Positions 10,900 through 21,221 of a stretch of DNA of 64,000 nt are shown piece after piece. How positions within the stretch are numbered: the first letter of the stretch is position 1; every line of letters begins with the position of its first letter. Origin of the DNA: Synechococcus sp. (GTDB lineage Bacteria > Cyanobacteriota > Cyanobacteriia > PCC-6307 > Cyanobiaceae); assembly GCA_047285535.1 (NCBI GenBank), contig JBJBDC010000001.1, positions 1,024,136 to 1,088,135 of the forward strand, written 5' to 3'. A program made the position numbers and the translations under genes. Below the pieces are notes generated by a model, which was not told where the DNA came from, made no database searches, and saw only the letters and a program-made list of their open reading frames with translations.

Positions 10900-11299
10900 T
10901 TTACAATCCCAACATAGATAAAAACGACAAAACCAAAAACAACTCGCAAGCTAACTTAGACAATACGAAAAGTGAGCTCGCTAGCAGCATGGCATCGAGG
11001 ATCAAACGTAAACCATAAAATAAGTTCTCTAATAGAGACAGACTCTTAAGAGCAATTAAAAGTTCAAAAAAATACAATCACCGTAAAGATCAACAAGTCA
11101 ATAATAATCTTATAGCATGAAAAACAATGCCTGAAGAGAATTGATCTGTGATCAAATACTACTGGTAAGAAGTTTGACAAGCAAAGATCATGTTCATTGC
11201 GATCCAAAAGAAAGAATTAATGATATAGCTTCGTACATTCGTGGATACAGAGATAAATTCCTAAGTTTTCATGAACTAACTCAACCATGCGAGATTCTC

Positions 11300-11325
11300 A
11301 TTGCCTGTTGATATCAACAGGCAAT
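11300..11325. repeat. Perfect 26-bp palindrome, possible terminator of 11360-11599
   Basis: ATTGCCTGTTGAT-ATCAACAGGCAAT. Confidence 0.75.
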
Positions 11326-11359
11326 TCATTTAATTCCTTAACGATCTAAAAGCAATGAG

Positions 11360-11599
11360 CTAAGTACGTCGACTAAGAGGTTCAATCCAATCAATCAACA
11401 CCTTACGGTGGTGCAACCATCGACTTGAGATCCGGCATCCAAGATTAACTAGTCCTTCATCCATGAGCCGGCCTATACGAATTGCAGCAGCTTCTTCGGA
11501 TCGCGAAAAAGTCTCCTGATGATGAGTAAGCCAAGCCACCTCCTCCTCGGTAATGATCCCACTAGAAAGGCTTTCAAGAACGATTTCTCCGACTGTCAT
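11360..11599 (-). CDS. Small hypothetical protein (MTVGEIVLESLSSG...)
   Basis: 79-aa ORF; FSRSEEAAAIRIGRLMDEG.VNLGCR resembles a recalled picocyanobacterial family. Confidence 0.75.
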   Translation of the reverse strand: MTVGEIVLESLSSGIITEEEVAWLTHHQETFSRSEEAAAIRIGRLMDEGLVNLGCRISSRWLHHRKVLIDWIEPLSRRT

Positions 11600-11605
11600 A
11601 GCGTG

Positions 11606-11623
11606 TGTAACGAATTTGTTACA
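11606..11623. promoter_or_regulatory. Palindromic operator-like site TGTAAC-N6-GTTACA
   Basis: Perfect 6-bp arms, 6 nt upstream of the start codon at 11599. Confidence 0.4.
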
Positions 11624-12553
11624 TAATGACGCTTCTCGCTCTGAATCGCGACCCTCTAAAGCCGTTTAACGAGAATCGAAGCAAACAAAACTCCAGGCAA
11701 ACCCAGCGAGCTCAGCCATTTGAAGACCAATCACCTAAAAAGCCAACCCATGGTGGAGCTGATGGCAAGGAGCACATAAAACAGTCAGGCATCTGGCTGG
11801 AATGCATCTCAAGCAACACATAGTCATCGCAGGAATACTTGCAAAAAGATGGTTGGCATCAAAAAGCTCCATGCCCCTTTTTGAGTCAGTAGAACATTTA
11901 ACTCCTATTAAATAAAACAAATGATCCTCAATACCAGGCAGGCCTCTAAAGAGATACCTACAAAATCCAACAATATACGCCAAATCTCCCGGAAAGGCTT
12001 ACTATCAAAAAGCAACAATTTAAAGGAAGTGGGGTCGAAGGTTGTTCGACAAAATCCATCATTGGTAAAAAAAGGAAACTTAGCAATCACATCCAATAAC
12101 GATTAACTGAAGAGAGGTAATTCACCTGAAAACAATTGGATAGAGATTGAACGATCAAAGGTTCTAGAACAATTAATACTTCCCAATCATCTTGATACCT
12201 TTATGCCCAACGATATAAAGGTACATAGCTAGAAACGATTGCACTCGAGGAGATAGATTGTCCAAATGCATTGAATCGAATGCAAAACAAGGAGCTGCGA
12301 TTCAGCCTTGGATAAGCGTATGCCTAGATAAACTTTAGGCAGATGAAACACTGCATGTAAAGATTCTCTTTACCACAAAATTGCCAATATTAATTTCATA
12401 ACCTTGTGATAGTAAGACAACCTTCATGAGTCCAACGCTAACGCCATAAGAGCTGCTCACGCTGATCAAGCCCAGTAGAGAAGCAGAAAATCGATCAAAG
12501 AGATGCCTAGCTATTCTTCTGTGCGAATAATTGACTCGTTGTCCGAACAAGAG

Positions 12554-12700
12554 TCACAGTTCAAAAACGGCACCCAGCAGGCTGGCGGGGTGTTCAAACT
12601 TCTCAGCAATGCGACGTTCAAGCTGAGCAATCATCACGAGATGAGCCGTGGTTCGAATTGCCGACAGCAGCGCTAAGCCGAGGCAGAGGGGGCAGTGCAT
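12554..12700 (-). CDS. CxxC microprotein (MHCPLCLGLALLSAIR...)
   Basis: 48-aa C-terminal part of track ORF 12554-13006; ends HPASLLGAVFEL. Confidence 0.55.
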   Translation of the reverse strand: MHCPLCLGLALLSAIRTTAHLVMIAQLERRIAEKFEHPASLLGAVFEL

Positions 12701-12791
12701 CAAGGTCATGGATAGAGCTTGGAGCCAACTGATGTTACTGGGTCCATTCCTTGCCATTTCTTGACCTAACAGGAAACTAGGAAGCTGAGGA

Positions 12792-12980
12792 TCAGAATCG
12801 ACATCCCACCTCATGGATGAGGTCAATGCTGTTCGGCCAACGCCTGATGTGCTCGTAAAACTCCATGGCCAGGATTCGCGCCTCCCATGCATCCGATGCA
12901 TAGAAGCAAGCTTCCTGTTTGCTCCCATCTGAGAGCTTATAGCGCACCGTGAAATGCTTGTAGTGACTGAAATAAGCCAT
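12792..12980 (-). CDS. Small hypothetical protein (MAYFSHYKHFTVRY...)
   Basis: 62-aa ORF with EACFYASDAWEAR..AME motif; starts 3 nt after the upstream ORF stop. Confidence 0.7.
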   Translation of the reverse strand: MAYFSHYKHFTVRYKLSDGSKQEACFYASDAWEARILAMEFYEHIRRWPNSIDLIHEVGCRF

Positions 12981-12983
12981 TGA

Positions 12984-13190
12984 TCAAGCCACCACTGTGT
13001 AATCATTTTGCCCCATTGACGATCCGTCTTGGCTCATCAAGAAAACCATCCCCTCAACTGGGTTGAGCAGTGACGACAACAGTGCATCGTGCGGGCTACA
13101 CGGATCAGCTGACCGGCAAGCTTCCATTGCCGTGGTTTTGGGTTCACGATCTATCCAACCAGAAGAGTCGAGGGTTTGAATTCTGTACAT
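12984..13190 (-). CDS. Small hypothetical protein (MYRIQTLDSSGW...)
   Basis: ATG 13190; N-terminal pattern shared with 8788-8985. Confidence 0.55.
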   Translation of the reverse strand: MYRIQTLDSSGWIDREPKTTAMEACRSADPCSPHDALLSSLLNPVEGMVFLMSQDGSSMGQNDYTVVA

Positions 13191-13394
13191 CGATATCACT
13201 TGGTATGCAACTAACGTATTCAGTCGACCTTCAACTGATGAACAAACCACGAATATTGATCAGAAGTCTTTGGGATCACACAGGATTGATGTGCTGTTAA
13301 AGACAAAAACGCACCATTTTTCAAGCTTTCGTGACATTCAACGAAAACACCAATCAATAGAAGATCAAAACCCATTGCGAAGCGACAACCCACT

Positions 13395-13422
13395 AAAAAG
13401 GCCGTACCCCCCGGTCACGGCC
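13395..13422 (-). terminator. Intrinsic terminator (minus strand)
   Basis: GGCCGT-g-ACC-gg-g-GGT-ACGGCC stem followed by T5 on minus strand. Confidence 0.75.
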
Positions 13423-13474
13423 CGATAAACGCATTCATTGAGCTTGATCTCGCCCTTCCCATGGGGCCCTTTAG

Positions 13475-13579
13475 TTATGGCCTAGGCCCTGTTCGAGGTA
13501 CATCAGCGTTTGTACTCACTGGCTGCAAGCGAAAAAAGTGGCGATATTTGCCGGGAGGATCAAGACGAAGCAGCCTCAT
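13475..13579 (-). CDS. 34-aa peptide MRLLRLDPPGKYRHFFRLQPVSTNADVPRTGPRP
   Basis: ATG 13579 preceded by AGAGG; followed by its own terminator. Confidence 0.5.
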   Translation of the reverse strand: MRLLRLDPPGKYRHFFRLQPVSTNADVPRTGPRP

Positions 13580-13928
13580 GCCTCTGAGAGACTTGCTGGT
13601 CAGAACAGAACCGCGTTGGCAGGACGAGAGAATAAGCTGCACTGCACTGCACTCAATGCAACCCAGGCAGGACTCGTTTGGCATGCGCTGTGGAGGCCAA
13701 ACGACAAGCATTTTGAAAATGCTCCCAAAAGAAATGAATTGCGTTCAAGGCAGATCTTCAATCTCCTACTTGAGAGTCAAGTGAATCACAACTCAAAACG
13801 GGAACGTAAGCGAACAGAAGACAAAAGTACTAACGGATACCTGAATTGGTTGGTATTGACAAGGCGGCAATAGAGGAGCATGGCTTGACATCAAGCGCAT
13901 TAAGGCTGAATTCTTTAGAAATCAATTC

Positions 13929-15389
13929 ATGAACGATCTCAAATTTTCATCGATCGCAGGCCGAGAGGTCGAACTGCAATCACTTTTACAAAATCGTCCT
14001 CCCGTATGGCTGGGAGACACAAACCTGAAACTCGATGACATCAGCTCAGGTTTCGCATGTGCTCTGCACATGCACCAACCAACAATCCCAGCCGGACACA
14101 ATGAAGAGTTGATCTCCCATCTGCAATACATGTTCGAGCACCAGGGAGAAGGGGATAACCACAATGCTGAACCCTTTGCCCAATGCTACAGACGAATGGC
14201 TGATCTCATTCCGCAACTGATCAACGAAGGCTGCAACCCGCGAATCATGCTCGATTATTCCGGCAATCTTCTCTGGGGAGTGCACCAAATGGGACGAGAA
14301 GATATTACAAGTGCGCTAAGACATCTCGCATGTGATCCCAGCATGCAACGCCATGTTGAATGGCTTGGTACGTTTTGGAGTCATGCGGTCGCACCATCAA
14401 CACCAATTCCAGATCTAAAACTGCAGATCAGCGCTTGGCAGCATCAGTTTGCTGATTTATTTGGCGATGCAGTACTCAAAAGGGTGAAAGGGTTTTCACC
14501 ACCTGAGATGCATCTCCCAAACCACCCCGATACTCTTTATGCGTTCATTCAGGCTCTCAATGAATGCGGATATTGCTGGTTATTAGTACAAGAACACAGT
14601 GTTGAAAATCCAGACGGGACTCCTCTTATCAATGAGCAGCGCTATCTCCCCAACAAACTGGTGGCACGCAATTCAACTGGTGAAACTACGGAAATAACAG
14701 TTTTAATCAAGACCCAAGGATCTGACACCAAACTCGTAGGTCAAATGCAGCCCTACTACGAGTCACTTACACTTGAGAAACAATCACTTAAGGGCAAACA
14801 ACTTCCCTCAGTCGTGACGCAAATAGCCGATGGAGAAAACGGAGGAGTGATGATGAACGAATTCCCGGAAGCTTTTCTCCAAGCGCACCGAAAAATGGTT
14901 AATAACGATATTAGCGGAAGCAATCAGGGCAACACCGTGGCGATCAACGGCAGCGAATACCTTGAGCTGCTTGAACAATCAGGAATCAAGTCCTCAGAAT
15001 TTCCAACAATACAGGCAATACATCAACACAAGCTCTGGCAACAGGTGGGTGACCGACCCAATAGGGAAATGGTCGATAAGGCCATCAATGATCTCAATGC
15101 AAGCGACAGCAGCTTTTCGATGGAGGGCGCCTCTTGGACCAATAATCTGAGTTGGGTAGAGGGCTACGAAAATGTACTAGAACCGATGAAAAATCTCAGC
15201 GCATCCTTTCATCAACGATTCGATCAAGAGGTAGAAAGTAATCCATCTATCACGCGAAGTAGCAGTTATCAAAAAGCATTACTGCATGTTTTACTGCTTG
15301 AGACAAGTTGTTTTCGGTATTGGGGTCAAGGTCAATGGACTGAGTATGCACGCACCATCCATAAACGAGGAAGGGCCTTTCTTCGCTAA
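13929..15389 (+). CDS. Glycoside hydrolase family 57-like protein
   Basis: HMHQP, PPEMHL and DGENGG motifs; ETSCFRYWG. Confidence 0.88.
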   Translation: MNDLKFSSIAGREVELQSLLQNRPPVWLGDTNLKLDDISSGFACALHMHQPTIPAGHNEELISHLQYMFEHQGEGDNHNAEPFAQCYRRMADLIPQLINEGCNPRIMLDYSGNLLWGVHQMGREDITSALRHLACDPSMQRHVEWLGTFWSHAVAPSTPIPDLKLQISAWQHQFADLFGDAVLKRVKGFSPPEMHLPNHPDTLYAFIQALNECGYCWLLVQEHSVENPDGTPLINEQRYLPNKLVARNSTGETTEITVLIKTQGSDTKLVGQMQPYYESLTLEKQSLKGKQLPSVVTQIADGENGGVMMNEFPEAFLQAHRKMVNNDISGSNQGNTVAINGSEYLELLEQSGIKSSEFPTIQAIHQHKLWQQVGDRPNREMVDKAINDLNASDSSFSMEGASWTNNLSWVEGYENVLEPMKNLSASFHQRFDQEVESNPSITRSSSYQKALLHVLLLETSCFRYWGQGQWTEYARTIHKRGRAFLR

Positions 15390-15499
15390 GCAAACCAGCG
15401 GAAACAGCCAATACAGGTCTAAACACAATGGAAATCTAAACACGCTTCATAAGAGCAAAATGGATCAAGAAGGGAGGTTATTGAATAAGGCTTGCCGGA

Positions 15500-15802
15500 T
15501 TAACCGGCAGCACGTGACCGACGACGCACCACTCGACGACCATCGGGCGTCTGTTCAACATCAGGTTCACTATCAGCGCTAGTTGTGACATCTTTGCCTT
15601 CAGGTTCGTTCTCAGGAGGTTCCTGCTCTGCAATCAGTCCCACCACAACAGCAGCCTGAACCTGATCAGACAGATCGCCAACCACCATCAATGCTTTGAG
15701 GGTGAGCTCCAAGCGAGATTCACGGGGTAACCCAGGGCGCAGCTTCTTCACAGAAACCCACAACTCCTGTGCGACCTCTTTGAGTAGCTCCTTGTCTGCC
15801 AT
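15500..15802 (-). CDS. TIGR03894-type conserved picocyanobacterial protein
   Basis: MADKELLKEVAQELW.SVKKLRPGL; C-terminal GRRVVRRRS. Confidence 0.8.
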   Translation of the reverse strand: MADKELLKEVAQELWVSVKKLRPGLPRESRLELTLKALMVVGDLSDQVQAAVVVGLIAEQEPPENEPEGKDVTTSADSEPDVEQTPDGRRVVRRRSRAAG

Positions 15803-15851
15803 CTAAATTAATGTCAATCACATCAACTTACCTCTCGAGCGGCTAGGGGGT

Positions 15852-16229
15852 ATGACAAAGACTCTCGTTTATGACGGTGGCTGTCCCTTTTGCAAAGCAT
15901 TTGCGCTTAGAAGCGAACTGACCGGGGGCCTTCCGGATCTCACAATCAGAGATGGGAGGCAAGATATTGAGCTGCGCCACAATCTCCAGCGAAGAGGATT
16001 CAATTTGAACGAGGGCGCCGTGTTGATTGAGGGAAATCGGATTTGGCATGGAAGCCAAGCTATATCCATGCTCTGCAAAGAATTGCAGCCGAGCGATCCA
16101 CTCTTAAATCTGTTGCAAAAACTGTTTAGAAGCAATGCTCGAGCCAAGTTATTTTACCCGGGGTTGCTCGCAGCACGACAATTGGCGCTAAGACTTCGTG
16201 GTTTACCAGTCGATCCAGATCGAGCATGA
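15852..16229 (+). CDS. DCC1-like thiol-disulfide oxidoreductase (DUF393)
   Basis: N-terminal YDGGCPFC. Confidence 0.88.
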   Translation: MTKTLVYDGGCPFCKAFALRSELTGGLPDLTIRDGRQDIELRHNLQRRGFNLNEGAVLIEGNRIWHGSQAISMLCKELQPSDPLLNLLQKLFRSNARAKLFYPGLLAARQLALRLRGLPVDPDRA

Positions 16230-16351
16230 ATGGATCCACTTCGCTGTTGCTCAAGATCCATTTGATAAGAAAACTCCCGTAACTCTGCTTGCATTTCTAG
16301 AAGCATGACCACAAGGGATCGAGCCAGTTCACTGCTGAAACTGTTCTGCAT
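16154..16351 (-). CDS. Possible small helical protein
   Basis: Amphipathic N-terminal ~35 aa; C-terminus overlaps the convergent DCC gene. Confidence 0.3.
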   Translation of the reverse strand: MQNSFSSELARSLVVMLLEMQAELREFSYQMDLEQQRSGSIHARSGSTGKPRSLSANCRAASNPG

Positions 16352-16712
16352 AATCGATGATTATTTCAGAGCACGTTTTTTCTAAGAGACGTGAGGACCA
16401 TTCGTGGCTTACGTCAGCTAGACGTTACACAGCTCAATGGTTTCAAACTGAAGATGATGTGCCAAGGGGGAAACAGCTCAAGCACCGATTCGACAAGACC
16501 CAGTCTGCAAAAATGTAGCCATTCCATCTGATCAAACTTCTTTGCTAACAACCTTTTGCTTAGCTGAACACAGCATCGCTTGAATTCAATAAGATCAAAT
16601 AAGGGGAATAATAATCAAGCCAGCCATTGTTACCAAGACTTGTCATCTACAAAAAGAGTCAAAATTTATATGAACAGCTTCCCACGTAACCCTTAAAAAA
16701 TACTCATGATTT

Positions 16713-16895
16713 CTAAATCAATAATCCACGAATAGATGGTGATATTGATGGTTTGATCGTTGGAGGCCGCAGAAGTTCCGGAGACTGCTGGGGAATCACT
16801 CGATAGCGTACGCGAACGTGGGTTCTTGATGCACAGTAAGTGAGCATTCCCAAGAGAAGAACTATGAATAGTCCCCTAAAAACACGAGAATTCAC
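16713..16895 (-). CDS. Possible small membrane protein
   Basis: 60 aa; N-terminal hydrophobic helix. Confidence 0.35.
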   Translation of the reverse strand: MNSRVFRGLFIVLLLGMLTYCASRTHVRVRYRVIPQQSPELLRPPTIKPSISPSIRGLLI

Positions 16896-17273
16896 ACACC
16901 CCTGAGCAGATTCTTCATTCTATGTTAGTACTATTACAACTCAATCAGATGTGTCGCTAAAAAATGAAAATCCATTCAAAACCTACCTTTCAGATATTGA
17001 CTCACAAAAAAGACGACGAGCGTGCCCCCAAAATCAATCACCACTAATAGCTTCATCCCATCCCTCAAAGAGATCAGTCTGATACAGGATCAAAACCAGA
17101 TGAAACAAAATGTCAACACAAAAGAGATTCCGAATTGAATCAAAGGCCACAAAAATAATGACAATACAGAAGAGATGACTACCAACCCATCCCTTTTGAT
17201 ATCAATAATTGACGTTATTCAAATTTAATTTAAATCGATCCAAAGTGAAGTTAATCAAATTGCATTAATAAAA

Positions 17274-18083
17274 TTATTTCCGCGATCCAACAATCACAGA
17301 AGGCATACCTCCATTAGAACCAGGCAAACCCGGAACCACCTGAGTCATGCCATCCCACTTGTCAAGAAACAACTTGTACAGGACGCGATCATCGAGACTT
17401 TTGTTCAAAGTGTCGTAACGAAGAGCCTCTTGCTCAGCGATCTTAACCTCAGTTTGAGCCCTGAGCAGCTGTTGCTCAGCAATTTGCTTCTGCTCAATCG
17501 CTGCTCGGTATTCTTCAGCAATTTCTAGTCCAGTGAGATCAAGACCCAGAACTTTGACATAATCAAATTGATCAAGTTCTTCGGCGACCGTTTCAGCTAC
17601 GAGTGTTGAGATATCGTTCCATTCCGAGGCGATTGTGACGAGTTCATATTGAGAAAAAACTGACTTCAGTGCTTTCAACAAAGACGGCTGAATAATGCGA
17701 GGATAGACGTCACGATCACTGCTCGCAATCGTGCTATAAGCACGTCCAGCTTGATCAGAGCGCAGAGCGTATTTAATAGTCGCTGTAGCCTCAATAACTT
17801 GTAAATCCTTGGTCAGGGTTGCAAAGTTTTCAGGGCGCACTTGAGTGCGAATACTGAATGGCCACACCTGCTGAACGATGGGGATTTTTGCATTTAATCC
17901 AGGCTGACGAGGCGCACCACTCACCTTTCCCAGTGTCGTTACAACAGCAACTTCACCAGCAGGCACGATGAACAAGGCCTGCGCAAGCAATAGCAAAGCA
18001 GCGAGGACCAACCCAAGGATCGCGACCAGACCTCCCTCAGGTCCTCCAGGGGTGACAGATCGCATCTGAGAAGGGGTCTGCAT
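17274..18083 (-). CDS. SPFH/band 7 (prohibitin family) protein
   Basis: TM helix, IVPAGEVAV..GK, TLTKDLQ, AIEQKQIAEQ coiled coil, DKWDG. Confidence 0.92.
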   Translation of the reverse strand: MQTPSQMRSVTPGGPEGGLVAILGLVLAALLLLAQALFIVPAGEVAVVTTLGKVSGAPRQPGLNAKIPIVQQVWPFSIRTQVRPENFATLTKDLQVIEATATIKYALRSDQAGRAYSTIASSDRDVYPRIIQPSLLKALKSVFSQYELVTIASEWNDISTLVAETVAEELDQFDYVKVLGLDLTGLEIAEEYRAAIEQKQIAEQQLLRAQTEVKIAEQEALRYDTLNKSLDDRVLYKLFLDKWDGMTQVVPGLPGSNGGMPSVIVGSRK

Positions 18084-18196
18084 GATGATTGTTGTCCGAG
18101 GGAGAATGAATACACACTCTCTAGCGAACATGAACGTGCTTGAGACGTCAATCGTGCTCAAAATCGCACAGTGAACTTTGTATCGACTGGAGAGCG

Positions 18197-18334
18197 ATGT
18201 CCCAGCAATGCATCGTTTTCTTCCAACGCAAGGTAGAGAGTCTCGGCTCGATCACGAGATTGGCCTCAGACAATGCAGCAGCCTGGGCTGTAGCTCTTGA
18301 TGAATTCGGAGCCCGAACAATCTGCGTCGTGTAA
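18197..18334 (+). CDS. Possible 45-aa microprotein
   Basis: GGAGAG RBS before ATG 18197. Confidence 0.4.
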   Translation: MSQQCIVFFQRKVESLGSITRLASDNAAAWAVALDEFGARTICVV

Positions 18335-18355
18335 GCCCCTGATGATGAGAGTGTC

Positions 18356-18688
18356 CTATAAGCGACGATTCCCTGAAGCCTTCCACCTATCCCAAAGCTT
18401 ATGCTGCCAGGGTGTTACATCCTTAGGCATGGGTTGCTCAGACTTCTTTTGAACCTGCTCAAGTTGTTCGAGTTCACTGCGCAATTGACGCAAAATCGGA
18501 ATCAGGGCAAGTGCCGCCAACAACCCTGCCATAAGCATTAGCGGTAAAAAGATAGGCAGCAACGCAACTATCAAAACCAACGTCAAGCCAACAACAAATC
18601 CAGAAATGAGTTGTTGCTGCCAGTGGGGGCGAATGCGACCTGGGAGCTGTTTCATGACATCAGCTTCAGTTTTTGCACACTCTTCCAT
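18356..18688 (-). CDS. Membrane protein with coiled coil and DVTPW motif
   Basis: Long hydrophobic stretch followed by a coiled coil. Confidence 0.65.
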   Translation of the reverse strand: MEECAKTEADVMKQLPGRIRPHWQQQLISGFVVGLTLVLIVALLPIFLPLMLMAGLLAALALIPILRQLRSELEQLEQVQKKSEQPMPKDVTPWQHKLWDRWKASGNRRL

Positions 18689-19341
18689 ATCAAGCCTGAA
18701 TGACCAAATGACGACACAATGTCCTGATCACTACGGCATGCAATGAAATAGAAAAAGACACCCTGCCCATGCGCCGCATGGATTGATAAAAAGTCGTGGC
18801 AGAAGCTTGCAAGACTGAAGCCATGAACAATTTTCATGACTGAATCGTAGAACGGTTGCATCTCAAGATCAGCAGCATCCAGTCAAGACAATCCCTAAAG
18901 ACATGCCAATCTTATCCAACTCATCGACAACTTGGGACTCAGTTTCCATCAGCAACCTAACGGCCTTAGGAGAACTAGAAGCAATCGAGACGATATGGGC
19001 TCAAGAAGAAAAACCATGCCAAATCAAAGCTTGATCTTCGAACTCCATCCAACGTGAATAGATATTCAAGCACTCAAAAAATAAATTAGACGCTCGCTTA
19101 AAATCATTCATGCTGCGATTTCATTGAAACGTTGATAAAAGAATTAATAACAAGAAGAAATGCACCAAGGTTAAACCTTACAACATCCCAAGAATGACCT
19201 GTTCTCAATGATTTCGACTCGCTAATTTGACACAAGAGAACCCAGCCAACCCGAATCGGGCAAGAGAGGTAAATCAAACATCTAATTCAAAAATACTTTC
19301 TCAAACTGATATCAACCTCAATTAACAATTCACTTTTGCAA

Positions 19342-19506
19342 TCAGGCTGTAAGCTTCGTTTCATCCTGAGCGGAAGGACCTTTATCAAGTTTACGCTGTG
19401 CTTTAGCAGCTTTTCTCAAGATCTTTTGAGCCTCATCCCGAGTTAGGCACTCTTCCGCCTTAGAAAGAAGTTTATGAAGTTTTCGATGCTGCTTAGCAGG
19501 ATTCAT
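19342..19506 (-). CDS. Small basic hypothetical protein
   Basis: K..KAEECLTRDEAQKILRKA motif. Confidence 0.65.
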   Translation of the reverse strand: MNPAKQHRKLHKLLSKAEECLTRDEAQKILRKAAKAQRKLDKGPSAQDETKLTA

Positions 19507-19665
19507 TTTTGACGTCGCATTGATCCTTTTTAACATTTCACAAGGGGATTATGCAAGTATGGTCAGATTTTGCCTATCTACAACAACCTCAGTAACCATT
19601 TGCCCTGAGAAGAACCACAAGATCAATGGTGGGAAGCATGCTGATGGGGCGAGCAAGCTGATGCC

Positions 19666-20448
19666 TTGACATCTTGGTGGGAACTACCAATCTTAATTGG
19701 CCTTGGACTCTTAGCAGGAGGCTTAGCTGGATTTCTAGGCATCGGCGGAGGCCTGATCTTTGCTCCTCTGCTGCTTTGGCTCAACCTGCCACCTCATCAA
19801 GCGGTCGCCACTAGCAGCTTTGCAATTGTGCCAACAGCACTAGCAGGAACAATCATTCACCTAAAGAGCGGAAGTCTCCCAACAAAGCAAGGCTTAGCCG
19901 TTGGATTAGGAGGGTTTGGCTCAGCCTTCTTATTCGGAGGACTGGCCGGCCTTGCCGCTGGATGGATGCTGTTAACAATGCAAACCGCCATGTATGTGTT
20001 TTTAGCTTTATGCGTGCGAGAGCAACCAGAAGAAGAAGAAGAAGAAAGAAAAGCTGATTCAGAGATTGAAGAAACCTCAGCTCTCCTTTTGGTTGGCGTG
20101 GGCTGTATCGCAGGTTGGACAACAGGCATGCTGGGGCTTGGCGGCGGTCTTGTACTGGTACCCCTCATGAGTGGGCCGATGGCAGTACCGATTCATCAAG
20201 CAATTCGACTCAGCACAGTGGCTGTACTTTGCTCCGCCAGTGCAGCGTCACTGCAATTTTTGCACGAAGGAAGAGGAATTCCCTGGATGGGGCTCATGCT
20301 GGGAGGTGTTGCTGCAGTGGCCGCCCAATGGGCAGCTAGACAACTAGATCTTTTTAGTTCCTCTGTCTTGGTCCGCTGCCTTAGAGGACTGGCCATTGTC
20401 TTGGCCATTGACAGTTGCCGACGCGCTCTTCAGTTAGCACTGAATTAA
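19666..20448 (+). CDS. Sulfite exporter TauE/SafE family protein
   Basis: Duplicated G..GIGGG / G.LGLGGG motifs; AVATS; ~8 TM helices. Confidence 0.9.
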   Translation: MTSWWELPILIGLGLLAGGLAGFLGIGGGLIFAPLLLWLNLPPHQAVATSSFAIVPTALAGTIIHLKSGSLPTKQGLAVGLGGFGSAFLFGGLAGLAAGWMLLTMQTAMYVFLALCVREQPEEEEEERKADSEIEETSALLLVGVGCIAGWTTGMLGLGGGLVLVPLMSGPMAVPIHQAIRLSTVAVLCSASAASLQFLHEGRGIPWMGLMLGGVAAVAAQWAARQLDLFSSSVLVRCLRGLAIVLAIDSCRRALQLALN

Positions 20449-21221
20449 AAACCCAATCAAGATGACTTCATCCCATCGGCTCGGCGCGAAATGCTATAAA
20501 AAGTGTTTTCAATCTTTTTAAACATTTGCACCGCCACGCAAATGCACTGATAGTGAAAATTCAAACAATTTCAATCTAAAAGCAGGTCCGATACGAATGT
20601 TAAAAGCCAATTAATTCATAGCATCAACAAGCGCAATTAAGGAATTTAGATTTTACAAGGCAAGACATCGTGTTCGAATAGCAGATTCGAAACAGCAGAG
20701 TTTATTATACCGAGACATCCTGGAATTGAGCTCAAATCAAGGTCCTGCAAATCACCAATAGACATCAATTGATTCCGCTCTATTCGTCACAAGGAATCAA
20801 TAACAGAAGGGCTTACACCTGAACCTCAAACAGTTCAAGCCCAACAAAAACAACAAGAGATCCAATTTTAGCTCTTACAAAGGGAAGCAGTCATTTCAAG
20901 GACGTAATAAATCCAACAATAGAATCACATCAAGATCCCATGAGATCACACGCTTAGCTCCATAGAGACAACAATCAGATCAAGGACTCAGTCACATGAA
21001 GCCAAATCCAATACTAGAGCCAATCACTTCAAAACATCAAACACCATAATCTACAAAAGCCAGTAATCCGATCAAATTCAAGCAATAAAATCAACATACA
21101 TTTAAAAACATAAAAGCAAGAGAGTCGAGAACAATTCAAACAACAATCGACTCAATTGCAATCCAAATCTTGCATAATCATCATCATACAGCCAGACTAG
21201 GGTTGAAATAAACAAGCTCAG

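Larger units (their letters stand above)
13395..13600 (-). ncRNA. Yfr6-like RNA carrying a short ORF
   Basis: 34-codon ORF plus ~80-nt GC-rich 3' tail ending in the terminator; matches my recollection of the picocyanobacterial Yfr6 locus (unverified). Confidence 0.45.

Noticed and set aside
13461..13873. Plus-strand ORFs 13461-13784 and 13538-13873
   Set aside because: No recognisable motifs and they overlap the minus-strand peptide/RNA unit; not fully excluded
20029..20046. (GAA)6 run in TauE gene
   Set aside because: In-frame poly-Glu in the variable central loop; no sign of phase variation
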